Assembly: GCA_963837165.1 (NCBI GenBank)
Contig: CAWIMD010000002.1
Location: 903,029 to 967,028 of the forward strand
Direction of reading: 5' to 3'
DNA: 64,000 bases
Source: Vicinamibacteria bacterium
GTDB taxonomy: Bacteria > Acidobacteriota > Vicinamibacteria > Vicinamibacterales > JAENWD01
The notes beneath the pieces are model-generated. The model ran no database searches. It had not been told where the DNA came from and was given only the letters and a program-made list of their open reading frames with translations. This document shows, piece by piece, positions 31,309-41,892 of this stretch. Within the stretch, counting starts at the first letter, position 1. Every line of letters begins with the position of its first letter. The position numbers were made by a program, and so were the translations under genes.

Positions 31309-34054
31309 ATGACCTCGACCGAGCTCAGGACGTCGTTCCTCCGGTACTTCGAGCGCCACGGGCACCGCATCGTGCCAAGCTCTCCGCTGGTGCCACACGG
31401 GGACACCACCCTGCTCTTCACGAATGCCGGCATGAACCAGTTCAAGGACGTGTTCCTGGGACGGGAGCAGCGCGCGTACTCGCGCGCGACCACCGCGCAG
31501 AAGTGCATGCGCGTGAGCGGCAAGCACAACGACCTCGACAACGTGGGGCCGTCGCTGCGCCACCACACCTTCTTCGAGATGCTTGGGAACTTCTCCTTCG
31601 GCGACTACTTCAAGCACGACGCGATCGCGCTCGCCTGGGCGCTGCTCACCGCGGAATGGTCGTTGCCCGCCGACCGCCTCTACGCCACGATTTTCAGGGG
31701 CGAGGACGGCGTGCCCCGCGACGAGGAGGCGTACGCGCGCTGGCGAGACTTCCTGCCGGCCGATCGCATCCACGAGCTCGGGGCCGCCGACAACTTCTGG
31801 GCGATGGGCGATACGGGCCCGTGCGGCCGGTGCTCGGAGATCCACTACTTTCGCGGCGACGACCTTCCCTGCGCCGCGCCGAGCTGCCTCGGGCCGGCCT
31901 GCGATTGCGACCGCTTCGTCGAGGTCTGGAACAACGTGTTCATGGAGTTCGACCGGCAGTCCGACGGGACGCTGCGCCCGCTGCCCCGCCCATCGATCGA
32001 CACCGGCATGGGCCTGGAGCGCGTGGCCGCGATCATGGGCGGGACGCTCTCGAACTACGACACGGACGTGTTCGAGCCGGTCGTCGCCGCCATCGGACGG
32101 GAAACCGGCGGCGACGCCTCACCCGATGCCGTGCATGTGCTGGCCACCGCGAGCGATCCTCGCGCAATCTCGACGCGCGTGGTCGCGGACCACTGCCGCG
32201 CGATGACGTTCCTCATTGCCGACGGCGTGCTCCCGGGCAACGAGTGGCGCGCGTACGTCCTGCGGAAGATCATGCGGCGCGCCATGCGCCACGGCCGCCG
32301 GCTCGGCACCTCGGAGCCCTTCCTGCACCGGCTCGTGGACGTGCTCGTCGCCCAGATGGGGGATGCCTATCCCGAGCTGCCCGCGGGCCGCGACACCATC
32401 GTCGGCGTCGTGCGCGCCGAAGAAGAGCGCTTCGATGCCGTCCTGACCGGCGGGCTTCCGCGGCTGGAGGCGCTCCTGGATCAGACAGCGGCCGGCGACG
32501 GCGTGGTGCCGGGCGGCGAGGCGTTCCGGCTGTACGACACGTGGGGGCTCCCGCTCGACTTCATCGAGGACCTCGCGGCCGAACGGAAGCTGTCACTCGA
32601 CCACGCCGCATTCGACCGCGCGATGGAGGCGCAGCGCGGGAGGGCACGGGCGCACAGCGCCTTCGACGGCAAGCGGGGCGACGAGTTCCAGTTCACCTCG
32701 CCTGCCGTCTTCGACCGGCTGCGCGCGGCCGGCGACACGTTCGAGGGTTACACCGACACGACGGTCACCGAGGCGCACGTGGTGGCGCTCTTCGACGAGC
32801 AGAGGGCCCAGGTGGCGGAACTGGCGTCTGGCACGGCGGGCTTCGCGCTGCTGGACCGGACGCCGTTCTACCTGGAGTCGGGCGGGCAGGTGTCGGACGC
32901 CGGCGTGCTCCTGAACGCGGCCGGCGCGCCGCTGGCGCGCGTGGACGGCCTGCTGCGCGTCGGCCCCGGTCTGCCGCGCGCCCATCGCGTGCGCGTGATG
33001 GCCGGTCCGCTCGCGGAAGGCCAGACGGTTACCGGGCAGGTGGACGTCGCGAGGCGCGATGCCACGCGGCGCAATCACACGGCCACGCACCTGCTCCACG
33101 CCGCCCTCCGGCAGGTGCTCGGGCCCCACGTGAAGCAGGCCGGGTCGCTCGTGGCGCCGGATCGCCTGCGTTTCGACTTCACCCACTTCGCGCCTGTCGC
33201 TCACGCCGACCTGGCCGAGATCGAGGAGATCGTCAACGGACAGATCCTCCGGAACGCCGGCGTGACGACCGAGGTCCGGAACACCGACGAGGCGATTGCC
33301 GGCGGCGCGATGGCGCTCTTCGGCGAGAAGTACGGCGACCACGTGCGCGTCGTCACCGTGCCCGGCTTCAGCGTGGAGCTCTGCGGCGGGACCCACTGTC
33401 GCGCCACTGGCGACATCGGCCTGTTCGCCATCACCGAGGAGAGCGGCGTGGCCGCCGGGGTCCGCCGCATCGAGGCCCAGACCGGACTCGGGGCCCTGCA
33501 CGATCTGCAGGCGCATCGCGGCACGCTCCGTCGAGTGCTGGCCGCGCTGAGCGTCGGCGAGGACCAGGCCGCCGATGCCGTGGCGAAGCTCCAGGCGGAC
33601 GCCAGGCGGCTGGCACGAGAGGTGACGGACCTCAAGGTCCGCGTGGCCATGGGCGGGAGCGCGGCCAGCCCCACAGAGGCCGCCGGTCCGTCCGAGGCAC
33701 GGATGGTCGCGGGCAGCCCGTTCGTGGTCCGTCAGGTGGACGGCCTGGAGCGCGAGGCGCTGCGGCAGCTCGCCGATCAGGTACAAGGACCGGCTGAAGA
33801 GCGGCGGCGTCGTGCTGGCGTCGACCGATGCCGAGGGCCGCGTCGCGATCGTGGCGTCGGTCACATCAGACCTCAAGGGCCGCTTTCACGCCGGCAACAT
33901 CGTCAAGGCGCTGGCGCCCATCGTGGGCGGGCGGGGCGGCGGCCGGCCCGACTTCGCCGAGGCCGGTGGGGCCGACGCATCGAAGGTGGGCGAGATGCTC
34001 GCCGCGGCGCCGCGGGTGATCGAGGATCTCGCCGGGGCCGGCAGCAAGCACTGA
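31309..34054 (+). CDS. alaS: alanine--tRNA ligase, reading frame interrupted by one extra nucleotide near 33781
   Basis: ATG 31309 (MTSTELRTSFLRYFERHGHRIVPSSPLVPHGDTTLLFTNAGMNQFK). Frame 1 is authentic up to ..LRQLADQ, then turns to Arg/Gly noise (track ORF to 34062). The conserved C-terminus YKDRLKSGGVVLASTDAEGRVAIVASVTSDLKGRFHAGNIVKALAPIVGGRGGGRPDFAEAGG continues in frame 2 (track ORF 33812..34054). The span is 3n+1 nt. Confidence 0.9.
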
Positions 34055-34093
34055 CAGGCTGAGGAGTGGTACGGCTCGTGCCGATAACACGGG

Positions 34094-34858
34094 GTGGACG
34101 GGAGTGTCGCCGGGAGCCATCGCTCGCGGGCCGCTCACAACCCCTTGCTGTCGAAAGGCTTCGCCCTCATCGCGGCCCTGGCGGCCATCTTCCGCGCAGT
34201 CCCGGCGCAGGCAGACGTCTACGCCTGGCGAGACGAACATGGCCGGCTGGTCCTGTCCGACACCGCCGCGCCGCGGGGGGCAGACGCGCTGCAGACGTTT
34301 GCCGTGCACGGCAGCACCGCCGTGCGCACGACGCGGGCGGACGCCGACCCGGGGGACGTCGATCGCAGCGTCCTCGAGCGCCTGGCGGACCAGTACGCCC
34401 TCGGGCAGTCGCTCAGCCCCGATCTGGTCAGGGCGGTCATTCAGGTCGAGTCCGCCTGGAACCCGCGCGCGCTGTCCGCAAAGGGCGCCATGGGCCTCAT
34501 GCAGCTCATGCCGGCTACCGCGGAGGAGTACGGCGTTGACGACCCCTACGACCCCGCCCAGAACGTCAGGGCGGGCGTGGCCTACCTGCGGCGCCTGATC
34601 GACCGGTTCGACGGCCGCACGGAGCTCGCGCTGGCCGCGTACAACGCCGGGCCGGGCGCCGTCGAGCGGTACGGGCGCGAGGTGCCTCCCTATCGCGAGA
34701 CGCGGAACTACGTGCGGCGGATCGTGTCGGTGACCGAGGTGCGTACGGGGCCGCACCGCCGGATTTACAAGATCGTGGAACTGATCGACGGACGCGACGT
34801 GCCGCGCTACTCGGACCGGAAGCCCGCCGGCACCTACGAGTTGGTCACGAACCGGTAG
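34094..34858 (+). CDS. lytic transglycosylase (DUF4124-like N-region + SLT domain)
   Basis: 254 aa. Signal peptide, [18 protein letters not shown] motifs [28 protein letters not shown] and [12 protein letters not shown]. Confidence 0.85.
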   Translation: MDGSVAGSHRSRAAHNPLLSKGFALIAALAAIFRAVPAQADVYAWRDEHGRLVLSDTAAPRGADALQTFAVHGSTAVRTTRADADPGDVDRSVLERLADQYALGQSLSPDLVRAVIQVESAWNPRALSAKGAMGLMQLMPATAEEYGVDDPYDPAQNVRAGVAYLRRLIDRFDGRTELALAAYNAGPGAVERYGREVPPYRETRNYVRRIVSVTEVRTGPHRRIYKIVELIDGRDVPRYSDRKPAGTYELVTNR

Positions 34859-35436
34859 TCCACGGGCCAGGGCCGGCCCTCGAACCGCGAGGGATCGACC
34901 GCCGCGCGACCGCCGGGCGCCACGTCCTCCATCCCCCGCTCGCCCTCCTCGTCCAGCTGTTCCGGGCGCAACGCCATCAACGCGTTCACGGCAAGCGGAC
35001 AGAACCGGCGGCCGGCCTCCCGCGCGATGGCCATCCGGGCGGTATCGGGATGGAGCGGCACCTGGTATTCCCGGGGTGACGTGAAATCGTCAAAGGCGTG
35101 CGCCACGCTCAGCAGCCGTGCGGACACCGGCGCGTGCCGGTGGTGATCGTAGCGGCGGGCGGCGTACCAGAGGATGTCGGCGACGTCCTCGCCCAGGCCA
35201 CACCACGCGTCGAGCTGCTCGGTGCTGGAGCCGGCCGCCCGTCCCAGCAGCGTCGCGGCGTCGTGGACGAGCGCTGCGCGCGTGAGCGCGTCGAGCTCAG
35301 CGGCGCCCAGCCCGGCAATCAGACCAAGCTGGCGGGCCGCAGCAGCCACACGCCGGCTGTGGGCGGCGACGGCCGGCCGACGCAAATCCAACGTTTCGAG
35401 CAGAGTGTCCAGCGAGCCGACGGGCGCTGTACGCAT
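34834..35436 (-). CDS. HD-GYP-like domain protein with degenerate motifs
   Basis: 200 aa. [15 protein letters not shown]...[14 protein letters not shown] resembles HD-GYP H..RV...LHDiGK (GK lost). C-terminal [15 protein letters not shown] resembles G..FDP.VV.AF. 25-nt convergent overlap with the SLT gene. Confidence 0.55.
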   Translation of the reverse strand: MRTAPVGSLDTLLETLDLRRPAVAAHSRRVAAAARQLGLIAGLGAAELDALTRAALVHDAATLLGRAAGSSTEQLDAWCGLGEDVADILWYAARRYDHHRHAPVSARLLSVAHAFDDFTSPREYQVPLHPDTARMAIAREAGRRFCPLAVNALMALRPEQLDEEGERGMEDVAPGGRAAVDPSRFEGRPWPVDYRFVTNS

Positions 35437-35678
35437 TACCGACCTCTATATCGGCCGTTTCCGGCGGTTCCCGGCGTCGATCGCCAGAAACCATCCATCA
35501 ACCGCCCCTTGCCCGAATGGGACGAGCAAGCGCCGTACCAGGTTCACGCCGCCCGTCACGAATCGGATGGCGAACGGCGGCGAAGCTGTGCTAAAGTTTG
35601 AGGTTCTGACCGAACCACCGCCCTTGCACGGGCGGCACATGGCCCGGCCGGGAGCCGGGTCGGAAGGATTCAAGACGC

Positions 35679-35960
35679 GTGGCCACGAAGAAGAAGGTTT
35701 CGTCCGCTCAGAAGGCGTACCGTCAGTCCATCAAGCGCCGGGATCACAACCGGCAGTTGCGCAGCCGGCTGCGGACGTCGCTGAAGAGCCTCCGCTCCGC
35801 CGTCGACACCGGTGATGCGGAGTCGGTCAGGGGAGTCCTCGGCCAGACCGCCTCGCTCGTGGACAAGATGGCCAACAAGGGCATCATCCACCGCAACGCC
35901 GCCGCCCGCTACAAGTCCCGGCTCGTCAAGAAGGTCGCGCGGAAGTCGCAGACGGCCTAG
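35679..35960 (+). CDS. rpsT: 30S ribosomal protein S20
   Basis: 93 aa, GTG start. KKKVSSAQKAYRQSIKRRDHNRQLRSRLRTSLK...KGIIHRNAAARYKSRL. Confidence 0.93.
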   Translation: MATKKKVSSAQKAYRQSIKRRDHNRQLRSRLRTSLKSLRSAVDTGDAESVRGVLGQTASLVDKMANKGIIHRNAAARYKSRLVKKVARKSQTA

Positions 35961-36947
35961 TCAGCCGCACAGTTCCACGATCAGCCGCTCCAGCAGCACT
36001 CGCGGGTCGCCTCCGGACGACTTCATTGCCACGTCGGTCCTGAGCAGGGACTCGACGGCGGCCGGCACCCGCCTGGCCGGGAAGCGCCCCCTGGGCGGCG
36101 GGGTCCGAATGGAATAGCCGATCTGGCCGAGGATCTGGAACGGCACGGCGCCGTTCTGCAGCGCCGCGCCGAGTTCCCGCAGGGCCGCGGCGGCGTTTCC
36201 CTGCTCGATGGCCCTCACCAGTGCCCAGTCGTCGGTGTGCGCGGTGGCCGTGCCCACGACGGCCGCGACGTGGTCGGCCGTCACCGTTCCCGCCCCCGCC
36301 GCGAAGAGCAGCACCTTCTCGACATCCGCGCGCACCCGGCCCGGATCCCCGCCGGCCGCCTCGAGCAGGCGGACGATGGCGGCATGCTCCATCACCAGGC
36401 CGGCCTCCTTCGCGCGCGCCTGGACCCACTGCGCCGGGTTCGTGCCGCCGTCCAGTCCCGAGCAGGTGATCACGGCGGCCGCCCTGGCGATCGCCTTCGT
36501 GATGCGGAGATTCCTGGGCAGGGGGACGGCGTCGGGCTCGTCGCCGGCCGAGCACACCAGGATCAGGGTCGTCGTCGGGGCCGGGTCGGCGAGGTAGTCG
36601 ATCAGGACCTCCACCGCGTCGCCGTCTCCGTCGTCTCCCTCCTCGGCGGCCGAGCGTCCGCGCCTGGGCACGAGCATCTTCTCCGCCGCGATCACGATGA
36701 CGACGCGCCGTGGCGCGATCATCGGCAGGGTCCGCGCCGCGTCCACGACCGCCTGCGGAGTCGTGCCCTTGTCGGTGGCGTAGAGCCGCTCGACGTTGAA
36801 GGCGCGGAGCCCCTCCTCGATCATCTCGCCGGCGGCAAGGGCCAGCGCGGACTTCTCGCGCTCGTCGTCGCCGACGATCAGGTAGACGGGGCCGGTGGCC
36901 GTCCGGGCGACCTGCTGGCGGAAGGCGTCGGGGCTGATGGAGGGCAC
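35961..36947 (-). CDS. holA: DNA polymerase III delta subunit
   Basis: 328 aa. GPVYLIVGDDEREKSALALAAGEMIEEGLRAFNVERLYA. Conserved leuS-lptE-holA order. Confidence 0.85.
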   Translation of the reverse strand: MPSISPDAFRQQVARTATGPVYLIVGDDEREKSALALAAGEMIEEGLRAFNVERLYATDKGTTPQAVVDAARTLPMIAPRRVVIVIAAEKMLVPRRGRSAAEEGDDGDGDAVEVLIDYLADPAPTTTLILVCSAGDEPDAVPLPRNLRITKAIARAAAVITCSGLDGGTNPAQWVQARAKEAGLVMEHAAIVRLLEAAGGDPGRVRADVEKVLLFAAGAGTVTADHVAAVVGTATAHTDDWALVRAIEQGNAAAALRELGAALQNGAVPFQILGQIGYSIRTPPPRGRFPARRVPAAVESLLRTDVAMKSSGGDPRVLLERLIVELCG

Positions 36948-36951
36948 CGGG

Positions 36952-37485
36952 TCAGAACGCTTCGAGGATCGCGCTGACCACGGCCTTGGCGAACTCGCTG
37001 CTGACCCGCTCCAGCGCGTTCACGTCCTGGCTGAAGAAGGCGTTCGCGTCGAGGGCATCCACGGCGGCCGAGGCCTCGTACTCGTCCCGGAACAGCCACT
37101 GCGGGTTGCTCCAGATGCTCTTGTTGGTCTTCAGGTCGCGGAAATCGATCTTCGCGCTGACGTTGATGATGTAGCGGCTGGCCTGCTGCTCGTCGGTGAA
37201 GCTGGCCGGCGTGATGGTGATGCCCAGGATCTGCCCGAGCAGCACGGCGTCCACTCCCGTCTGGTCCGGCAGGATCTTGTACTTGCCCCGATTGATGAAC
37301 TCGGTGCGGACGTTCTGGGTGAAGACCTGCTCCACCTCGAAGAAGGGCGTCGTGTTCTGGAATTGCGGAATCCCGATGGTCTGGATGTAGGACGGGAGAA
37401 ACGATCCGCGTCCGGCCAGCGCGTACCCGCACGACGAGGCCGCTCCGGCGCCGAGCACGGCCAGAAAGGCACGCCGGTTCATCAT
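36952..37485 (-). CDS. lptE: LPS-assembly lipoprotein LptE
   Basis: 177 aa. Lipobox [38 protein letters not shown] overlap with the leuS stop. Between leuS and holA, as in E. coli. Confidence 0.8.
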   Translation of the reverse strand: MMNRRAFLAVLGAGAASSCGYALAGRGSFLPSYIQTIGIPQFQNTTPFFEVEQVFTQNVRTEFINRGKYKILPDQTGVDAVLLGQILGITITPASFTDEQQASRYIINVSAKIDFRDLKTNKSIWSNPQWLFRDEYEASAAVDALDANAFFSQDVNALERVSSEFAKAVVSAILEAF

Positions 37486-40031
37486 CTCGCCACCACGCTC
37501 ACCAGCTTGCCGCCGGCGACAATCACCTTCCGCACGGTCTTGCCCTCCAGGTGGGCTCTGACTGCCGGGTCCGCGAGCGCCTTCTCCCGGAGCTCGTCTT
37601 CGGAGGCGTCCGGTGCGGCGGTGAAGCGCCCGCGCAGCTTGCCGTTCACCTGCACCGGGACCACAATCTCGGCCGCGCGCGCCGCGTCCTCGTCGTACGC
37701 CGGCCAGGCGGCCGCCGTGAGGCCACTGCCGTGCCCGAGCCGCTCCCAGAGCTCCTCGGCCATGTGCGGCGCAAAGGGCGAGATCATGAGGACCAGGGCC
37801 TCGATTGCCTCCCCCACCACCGACCGGGTCTCAATCCCGTCCGCCGTGGCCACGGCGGCCTCGGTCCGCTGGCCCGGCGCCCCGGCGGCCGTCTGGTCGC
37901 TGAAGGCGTACAGCTCGTTGACGAGCTCCATGAGCGCGGAGACGGCGGTGTTCAGGTGCTGGCGCTCCTCGATGTCGGCGGTGACGCGACGGATGGTCTC
38001 GTGCGCCTTTCGCCGCAGGGCACGCTCCGCCTCGGAGAGCGGGGCCTCGGCCAGCGCGCCCGCATCGAGACGGCCCGCCACGGCCTCGCACCAGTGATCC
38101 GCGAGGCGCCAGACGCGCGCCAGGAACCTGAAGCTGCCCTCGAGGCCGGTATCGGTCCATTCAACCTCGTTTTCCGGCGGGGCAACGAACATCACGTAGA
38201 GCCGGAGGGCATCCGCACCGTAGCGCTCGATCATCGCGTCGGGGTCGACGACGTTGCCCTTCGACTTGGACATGACCTTGCCGTCCTTGAGGACCATGCC
38301 CTGGGTGAGCAGCTGGGCAAACGGCTCGTCGTGATCGACGAGGCCCAGGTCGCGGAACACGCGCGTGAAGAACCGCGAGTAGATCAGGTGCAGGATGGCA
38401 TGCTCGACGCCGCCGCTGTAGAAGTCCACCGGCATCCAGTACTTCGCGCGGGCGGGGTCGAACGGCCGCTGGCCGTTGTGCGGGTCGCAGAACCGGTAGA
38501 AGTACCAGGAGGAGTCCACGAACGTGTCCATGGTGTCGGTTTCGCGTCGGGCGGGGCCGCCGCAGACGGGACACGTCGTGTGGACGAACTCGGGGACCTG
38601 GGCCAGCGGCGAGTCGCCGCGGCCCGTGAATTCCGCGATCTCGGGCAGGACGACGGGCAGCTGATCGTCGGGCACGGCCTGCACGCCGTGCGCGTCGCAG
38701 TACACCATCGGAATGGGAGTGCCCCGGTACCGCTGTCGCGAGATGCCCCAGTCCTTGAGGCGGAACTGCACTGAGCCGGTGCCGATGCCCCTGGCCTGGG
38801 CATCGGCGGTCATCCGCTGGCGCGCCTGGTCCGAAGGGGCGCCGTCCCACGGCCCCGAGTGCACGAGGACGCCGTCGTTCGACACGGCGTCGGTCAGCGC
38901 CGCCTCATCCGGCACGTCGCCTCCCGCCGGGGCGACGACGACGCGGATTGGCAGCCGGTACTTCCGCGCGAACTCGAAGTCGCGCTCGTCGTGGGCCGGG
39001 ACCGCCATGACGGCACCGGTCCCGTATTCGCCCAGCACGAAGTTGGCGACCCAGATCGGGACATGCTCGCCGCTGAACGGGTTGATCGCGTGGAAGCCCG
39101 TGAAGAACCCCTCCTTCTCCGCCTCGCCAGAGACGCGGGCCATGCGGTCCTGCGTACGAAACCGGGTGGCGTCCGCCCGCATCCGTTCGCCGTCGGACGA
39201 CGCCCCGGCAAACATCTCGACCAGCGGGTGCTCGGGCGCGACGAGGACGAACGTCGCGCCGAAGATGGTGTCGATGCGGGTCGTGAACACCTCGATGTCG
39301 GCCGGGGCGCCGGCGGGCGCATCCGGCAGCCCGAAGCGCACGCGCGCGCCTTCCGACCGCCCGATCCAGTTCCGCTGCATCGTCAGAACCTTGTCGGGCC
39401 AGTGGGTCAGCGTGTCCAGCGCGGCGAGCAACTCCTCGGCGTACGCGGTGATCTTGAGGAACCACTGTTCCAGATCGCGTGTCACGACGGTCGTGCCGCA
39501 GCGCCAGCAGGCGCCGTCCACTACCTGCTCGTTGGCGAGCACCGTCAGGTCCACGGGGCACCAGTTCACGGTCGAGCGGCGACGGTATGCCAGTCCCCGC
39601 TCGTACATGCGGATGAACAGCCACTGGTTCCAGTGGTAGTACTCGGGCGTGCACGTGGCGATCTCGCGATCCCAGGCGTAGCTGATCCCGAGCCGCTGCA
39701 GCTGCCCCTTCATGTGAGCGATATTGCCGAAGGTGGAGACCGCCGGCGGGATGCCGCTCTTGATCGCGGCGTTCTCGGCGGGCAGGCCGAAAGCGTCCCA
39801 CCCGAAGGGATGGAGCACGTTGTAGCCGCGCATCCGCCGCGTCCGCGCCATCACGTCGCCGATGATGTAGTTCCGGACGTGGCCCACGTGGGCGTGCCCC
39901 GACGGGTACACAAACATCTCGAGGCAGTAGTACTTCGGCCGGCTCGGGTCCTCAGTGGGCTCGAAGGCTCGGACGTCGGTCCAGCGCTGCTGCCACTTGC
40001 GGTCGAGATCCTGCGGTCGGTAGTCGGCCAC
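37482..40031 (-). CDS. leuS: leucine--tRNA ligase
   Basis: 849 aa. [21 protein letters not shown] (HIGH region), CP1 editing domain, VMSKSKGN (KMSKS). Confidence 0.97.
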   Translation of the reverse strand: MADYRPQDLDRKWQQRWTDVRAFEPTEDPSRPKYYCLEMFVYPSGHAHVGHVRNYIIGDVMARTRRMRGYNVLHPFGWDAFGLPAENAAIKSGIPPAVSTFGNIAHMKGQLQRLGISYAWDREIATCTPEYYHWNQWLFIRMYERGLAYRRRSTVNWCPVDLTVLANEQVVDGACWRCGTTVVTRDLEQWFLKITAYAEELLAALDTLTHWPDKVLTMQRNWIGRSEGARVRFGLPDAPAGAPADIEVFTTRIDTIFGATFVLVAPEHPLVEMFAGASSDGERMRADATRFRTQDRMARVSGEAEKEGFFTGFHAINPFSGEHVPIWVANFVLGEYGTGAVMAVPAHDERDFEFARKYRLPIRVVVAPAGGDVPDEAALTDAVSNDGVLVHSGPWDGAPSDQARQRMTADAQARGIGTGSVQFRLKDWGISRQRYRGTPIPMVYCDAHGVQAVPDDQLPVVLPEIAEFTGRGDSPLAQVPEFVHTTCPVCGGPARRETDTMDTFVDSSWYFYRFCDPHNGQRPFDPARAKYWMPVDFYSGGVEHAILHLIYSRFFTRVFRDLGLVDHDEPFAQLLTQGMVLKDGKVMSKSKGNVVDPDAMIERYGADALRLYVMFVAPPENEVEWTDTGLEGSFRFLARVWRLADHWCEAVAGRLDAGALAEAPLSEAERALRRKAHETIRRVTADIEERQHLNTAVSALMELVNELYAFSDQTAAGAPGQRTEAAVATADGIETRSVVGEAIEALVLMISPFAPHMAEELWERLGHGSGLTAAAWPAYDEDAARAAEIVVPVQVNGKLRGRFTAAPDASEDELREKALADPAVRAHLEGKTVRKVIVAGGKLVSVVAR

Positions 40032-40038
40032 GCCTCGA

Positions 40039-41205
40039 TTATAGACCAGCCCAGCGCACGCCTCCGCCCGCGCGCAGGCTCGCGATTGCCGTTGCGGCGC
40101 GGCCCGTCGCGAGCCGGAACGTCGGCATGGCTGTCGCCGTGCGTGCGCCTTCGAATTGCCCGCACACGACGTCGAGCGACGAGGCCAGCGCCGAGAGCGC
40201 GTAGCCGCCTTCGGTGACGGCGACGAGCGGGCAGGCGGCGGCGTCCGCGAGGTCGGTCAGGCGCGCCGCCACCCATGCATAGCCCGCCGTGGTCATCCGC
40301 ATCTGCGCGAGCGGGTCGTCCTCGTGGGCGTCGAAGCCCGCCGACACGAGGATGAGCCCGGGCTCGTACGACCGCACGACGGGTACGATTGCCTCGTCCA
40401 CGATCTGCTGGTAGTCACCGTCGGTGGCGCCGCTCTCCATCGGCAGGTTCACGGTGTAGCCCTGCCCCGCGCCGGCCCCTGTCTCGGTGGCTCCACCAGT
40501 GCCGGGATAGTACGGATACTGGTGGACGGACACGAACAGGACGTCGGGATCCGCGTAGAAGATCTCCTGCGTGCCGTTCCCATGGTGCACGTCGATGTCG
40601 ACGATGGCGACGCGTGCGATCCCCAGCGCCCGCGCGTGCGCCGCCGCCACGGCGACGTTGTTGTAGAGGCAGAACCCCATCGCCCGGCCCGACTCGGCAT
40701 GATGCCCCGGCGGCCGAACCAGCACCACCACGCGTTGTGGTCCCCCCTCCCCCGCCACGGATTGGGGACTGTCCCCCCCTCCCGGCGGAATCGGGGACTG
40801 TCCCCCCCTCCCGGGGGAATCGGGGACTGTCCCCCCCTCCCGGCGGAATCGGGGACTGTCCCCACCCCGGACGGCGTGTCCCGGATCGACACACAGCTCG
40901 ACGCCGACAAGCGCGGCGCCAGCCGCCAGGCGGGCAAGTTCTGCCGACTCGGGCGAGGTGAAGGTGTCCGGATCGAGCATCGTGGCCTGGCCACGTGTGC
41001 GCTCGATGGCGGCAACGTGCGCCGCGGTGTGGACGCGCCGCAACTCCTCGTCGGACGCCGCGCGCGGCTCGACGATCTGGACGCCCCGATCGCGTGCGCG
41101 CTCGGCGACGCCCTCGAGGATGGCCGCGCGGTCCGGCGACTCGGGGTGCCCCGGCGGCGTCAGGTGACCGCCGAAACGCGGCGACGACACGATGGTCAGG
41201 CTCAT
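40039..41205 (-). CDS. Zn-dependent histone-deacetylase-family protein (AcuC/Aph-like) carrying a repeat-encoded ~30-50 aa insertion
   Basis: 389 codons from ATG 41205. [37 protein letters not shown]. The insertion [36 protein letters not shown] lies just N-terminal to RPPGHHA. Confidence 0.88.
   Translation of the reverse strand: MSLTIVSSPRFGGHLTPPGHPESPDRAAILEGVAERARDRGVQIVEPRAASDEELRRVHTAAHVAAIERTRGQATMLDPDTFTSPESAELARLAAGAALVGVELCVDPGHAVRGGDSPRFRREGGTVPDSPGRGGQSPIPPGGGDSPQSVAGEGGPQRVVVLVRPPGHHAESGRAMGFCLYNNVAVAAAHARALGIARVAIVDIDVHHGNGTQEIFYADPDVLFVSVHQYPYYPGTGGATETGAGAGQGYTVNLPMESGATDGDYQQIVDEAIVPVVRSYEPGLILVSAGFDAHEDDPLAQMRMTTAGYAWVAARLTDLADAAACPLVAVTEGGYALSALASSLDVVCGQFEGARTATAMPTFRLATGRAATAIASLRAGGGVRWAGL
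40764..40870. repeat. 29-bp tandem repeat, 3 full copies + 1 degenerate copy, each with the palindrome GGGGAC-A/T-GTCCCC, inside the deacetylase CDS
   Basis: ggggactgtcccc starts at 40764, 40793, 40822 and 40851 (period exactly 29). Coding-strand unit GGGGACAGTCCCCGATTCC[G/C]CCGGGAGGG. Confidence 0.92.
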
Positions 41206-41206
41206 C

Positions 41207-41845
41207 TCATTCCGCCAGCAGCGCCAGCGCACGGGGTCTGAGCGCCCTCAATCGGTGCTCGAGCTCCACGCGGCTGGCCTCGAGCCCGGCCGCGTCGGCC
41301 TGCGCGGGCACCTGGAAGGGCTCGCCCACCACGACCGACACGCGGCTGAACGGGCGGGGGATCTGCGTCCGGTCCCAGCTCGACGCGGTCCAGTGCGGCG
41401 TCGCCTCGATATGGAACGGGACAATAGGATTGCCGGTCACCTTCGCGAGCCAGATCGCGCCCGGCTGCGCCACCAGCGCCGGACCGCGCGGGCCATCGAC
41501 GGTCACCCCGACGGCGTGCCCCTGCTCCATCCGCCGCTTCGCGCCGAGCGCCGCGCGCGCCGCGTTCCGGGACGTGGACCCCCGCGCCGTCGTGTACCCG
41601 AAGCGATGGATGATCTTGGCAATCCACTCGCCGTCGAAGTTGTCGCTCGTGATCACCACGATGTCACGATGGCGGAAGAAGTACATGGCCGGCAGAATTC
41701 GTCCGTGCCAGAACGCCATGACCGGGTACCGGCCGGAGGCGCGTACGCCATCGAGGTACTCGAGCCCCTCGGTCCGCCACCGCCACGAACGCCCGAGCAC
41801 GTGGATCGCGGGGAACCCGACCGTCCCGATCAGCCACGCCTGCAT
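41207..41845 (-). CDS. DUF374-type lysophospholipid-acyltransferase-like protein
   Basis: 212 aa from ATG 41845 (alternative GTG 41896 forms a GTGA overlap with the ETF-QO stop). FWHGRILPAMYFF, SDNFDGEWIAKIIHRFGYTTARGS, TVDGPRGPALVAQPGAIWLAKVTGNPIVPF. Confidence 0.78.
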   Translation of the reverse strand: MQAWLIGTVGFPAIHVLGRSWRWRTEGLEYLDGVRASGRYPVMAFWHGRILPAMYFFRHRDIVVITSDNFDGEWIAKIIHRFGYTTARGSTSRNAARAALGAKRRMEQGHAVGVTVDGPRGPALVAQPGAIWLAKVTGNPIVPFHIEATPHWTASSWDRTQIPRPFSRVSVVVGEPFQVPAQADAAGLEASRVELEHRLRALRPRALALLAE

Positions 41846-41892
41846 GCGACGGCCGCGCGACGCCTTCCACTCCGGCTCACCGGGCGCGCTGG

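Noticed and set aside
28522-31845. Very long ORFs antisense to, or out of frame with, conserved genes. Examples: 28522..31845 (1107 aa), 9330..12272 (980 aa), 29802..33797 (1331 aa), 7325..9907, 44607..46922, 59896..62130, 14621..16810, 4486..6192, 41983..43818.
   Set aside because: Their translations are Arg/Gly/Pro/Ala-rich low-complexity strings with no recognisable motifs. They fully overlap genes with textbook motifs in another frame. Long spurious ORFs are expected at this GC content because stop codons are AT-rich.
33770-33815. Programmed ribosomal frameshifting in alaS, and likewise in dgt and kinase/PEGA.
   Set aside because: There is no slippery heptamer or obvious stimulatory structure at the junctions. 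Three independent +1-nt interruptions in 64 kb point to assembly indels instead.
40764-40870. The deacetylase gene as a pseudogene disrupted by a repeat insertion.
   Set aside because: The reading frame is continuous through the repeats. All catalytic motifs downstream (RPPGHHA, DxHHGNG, YPGTG) remain in frame.
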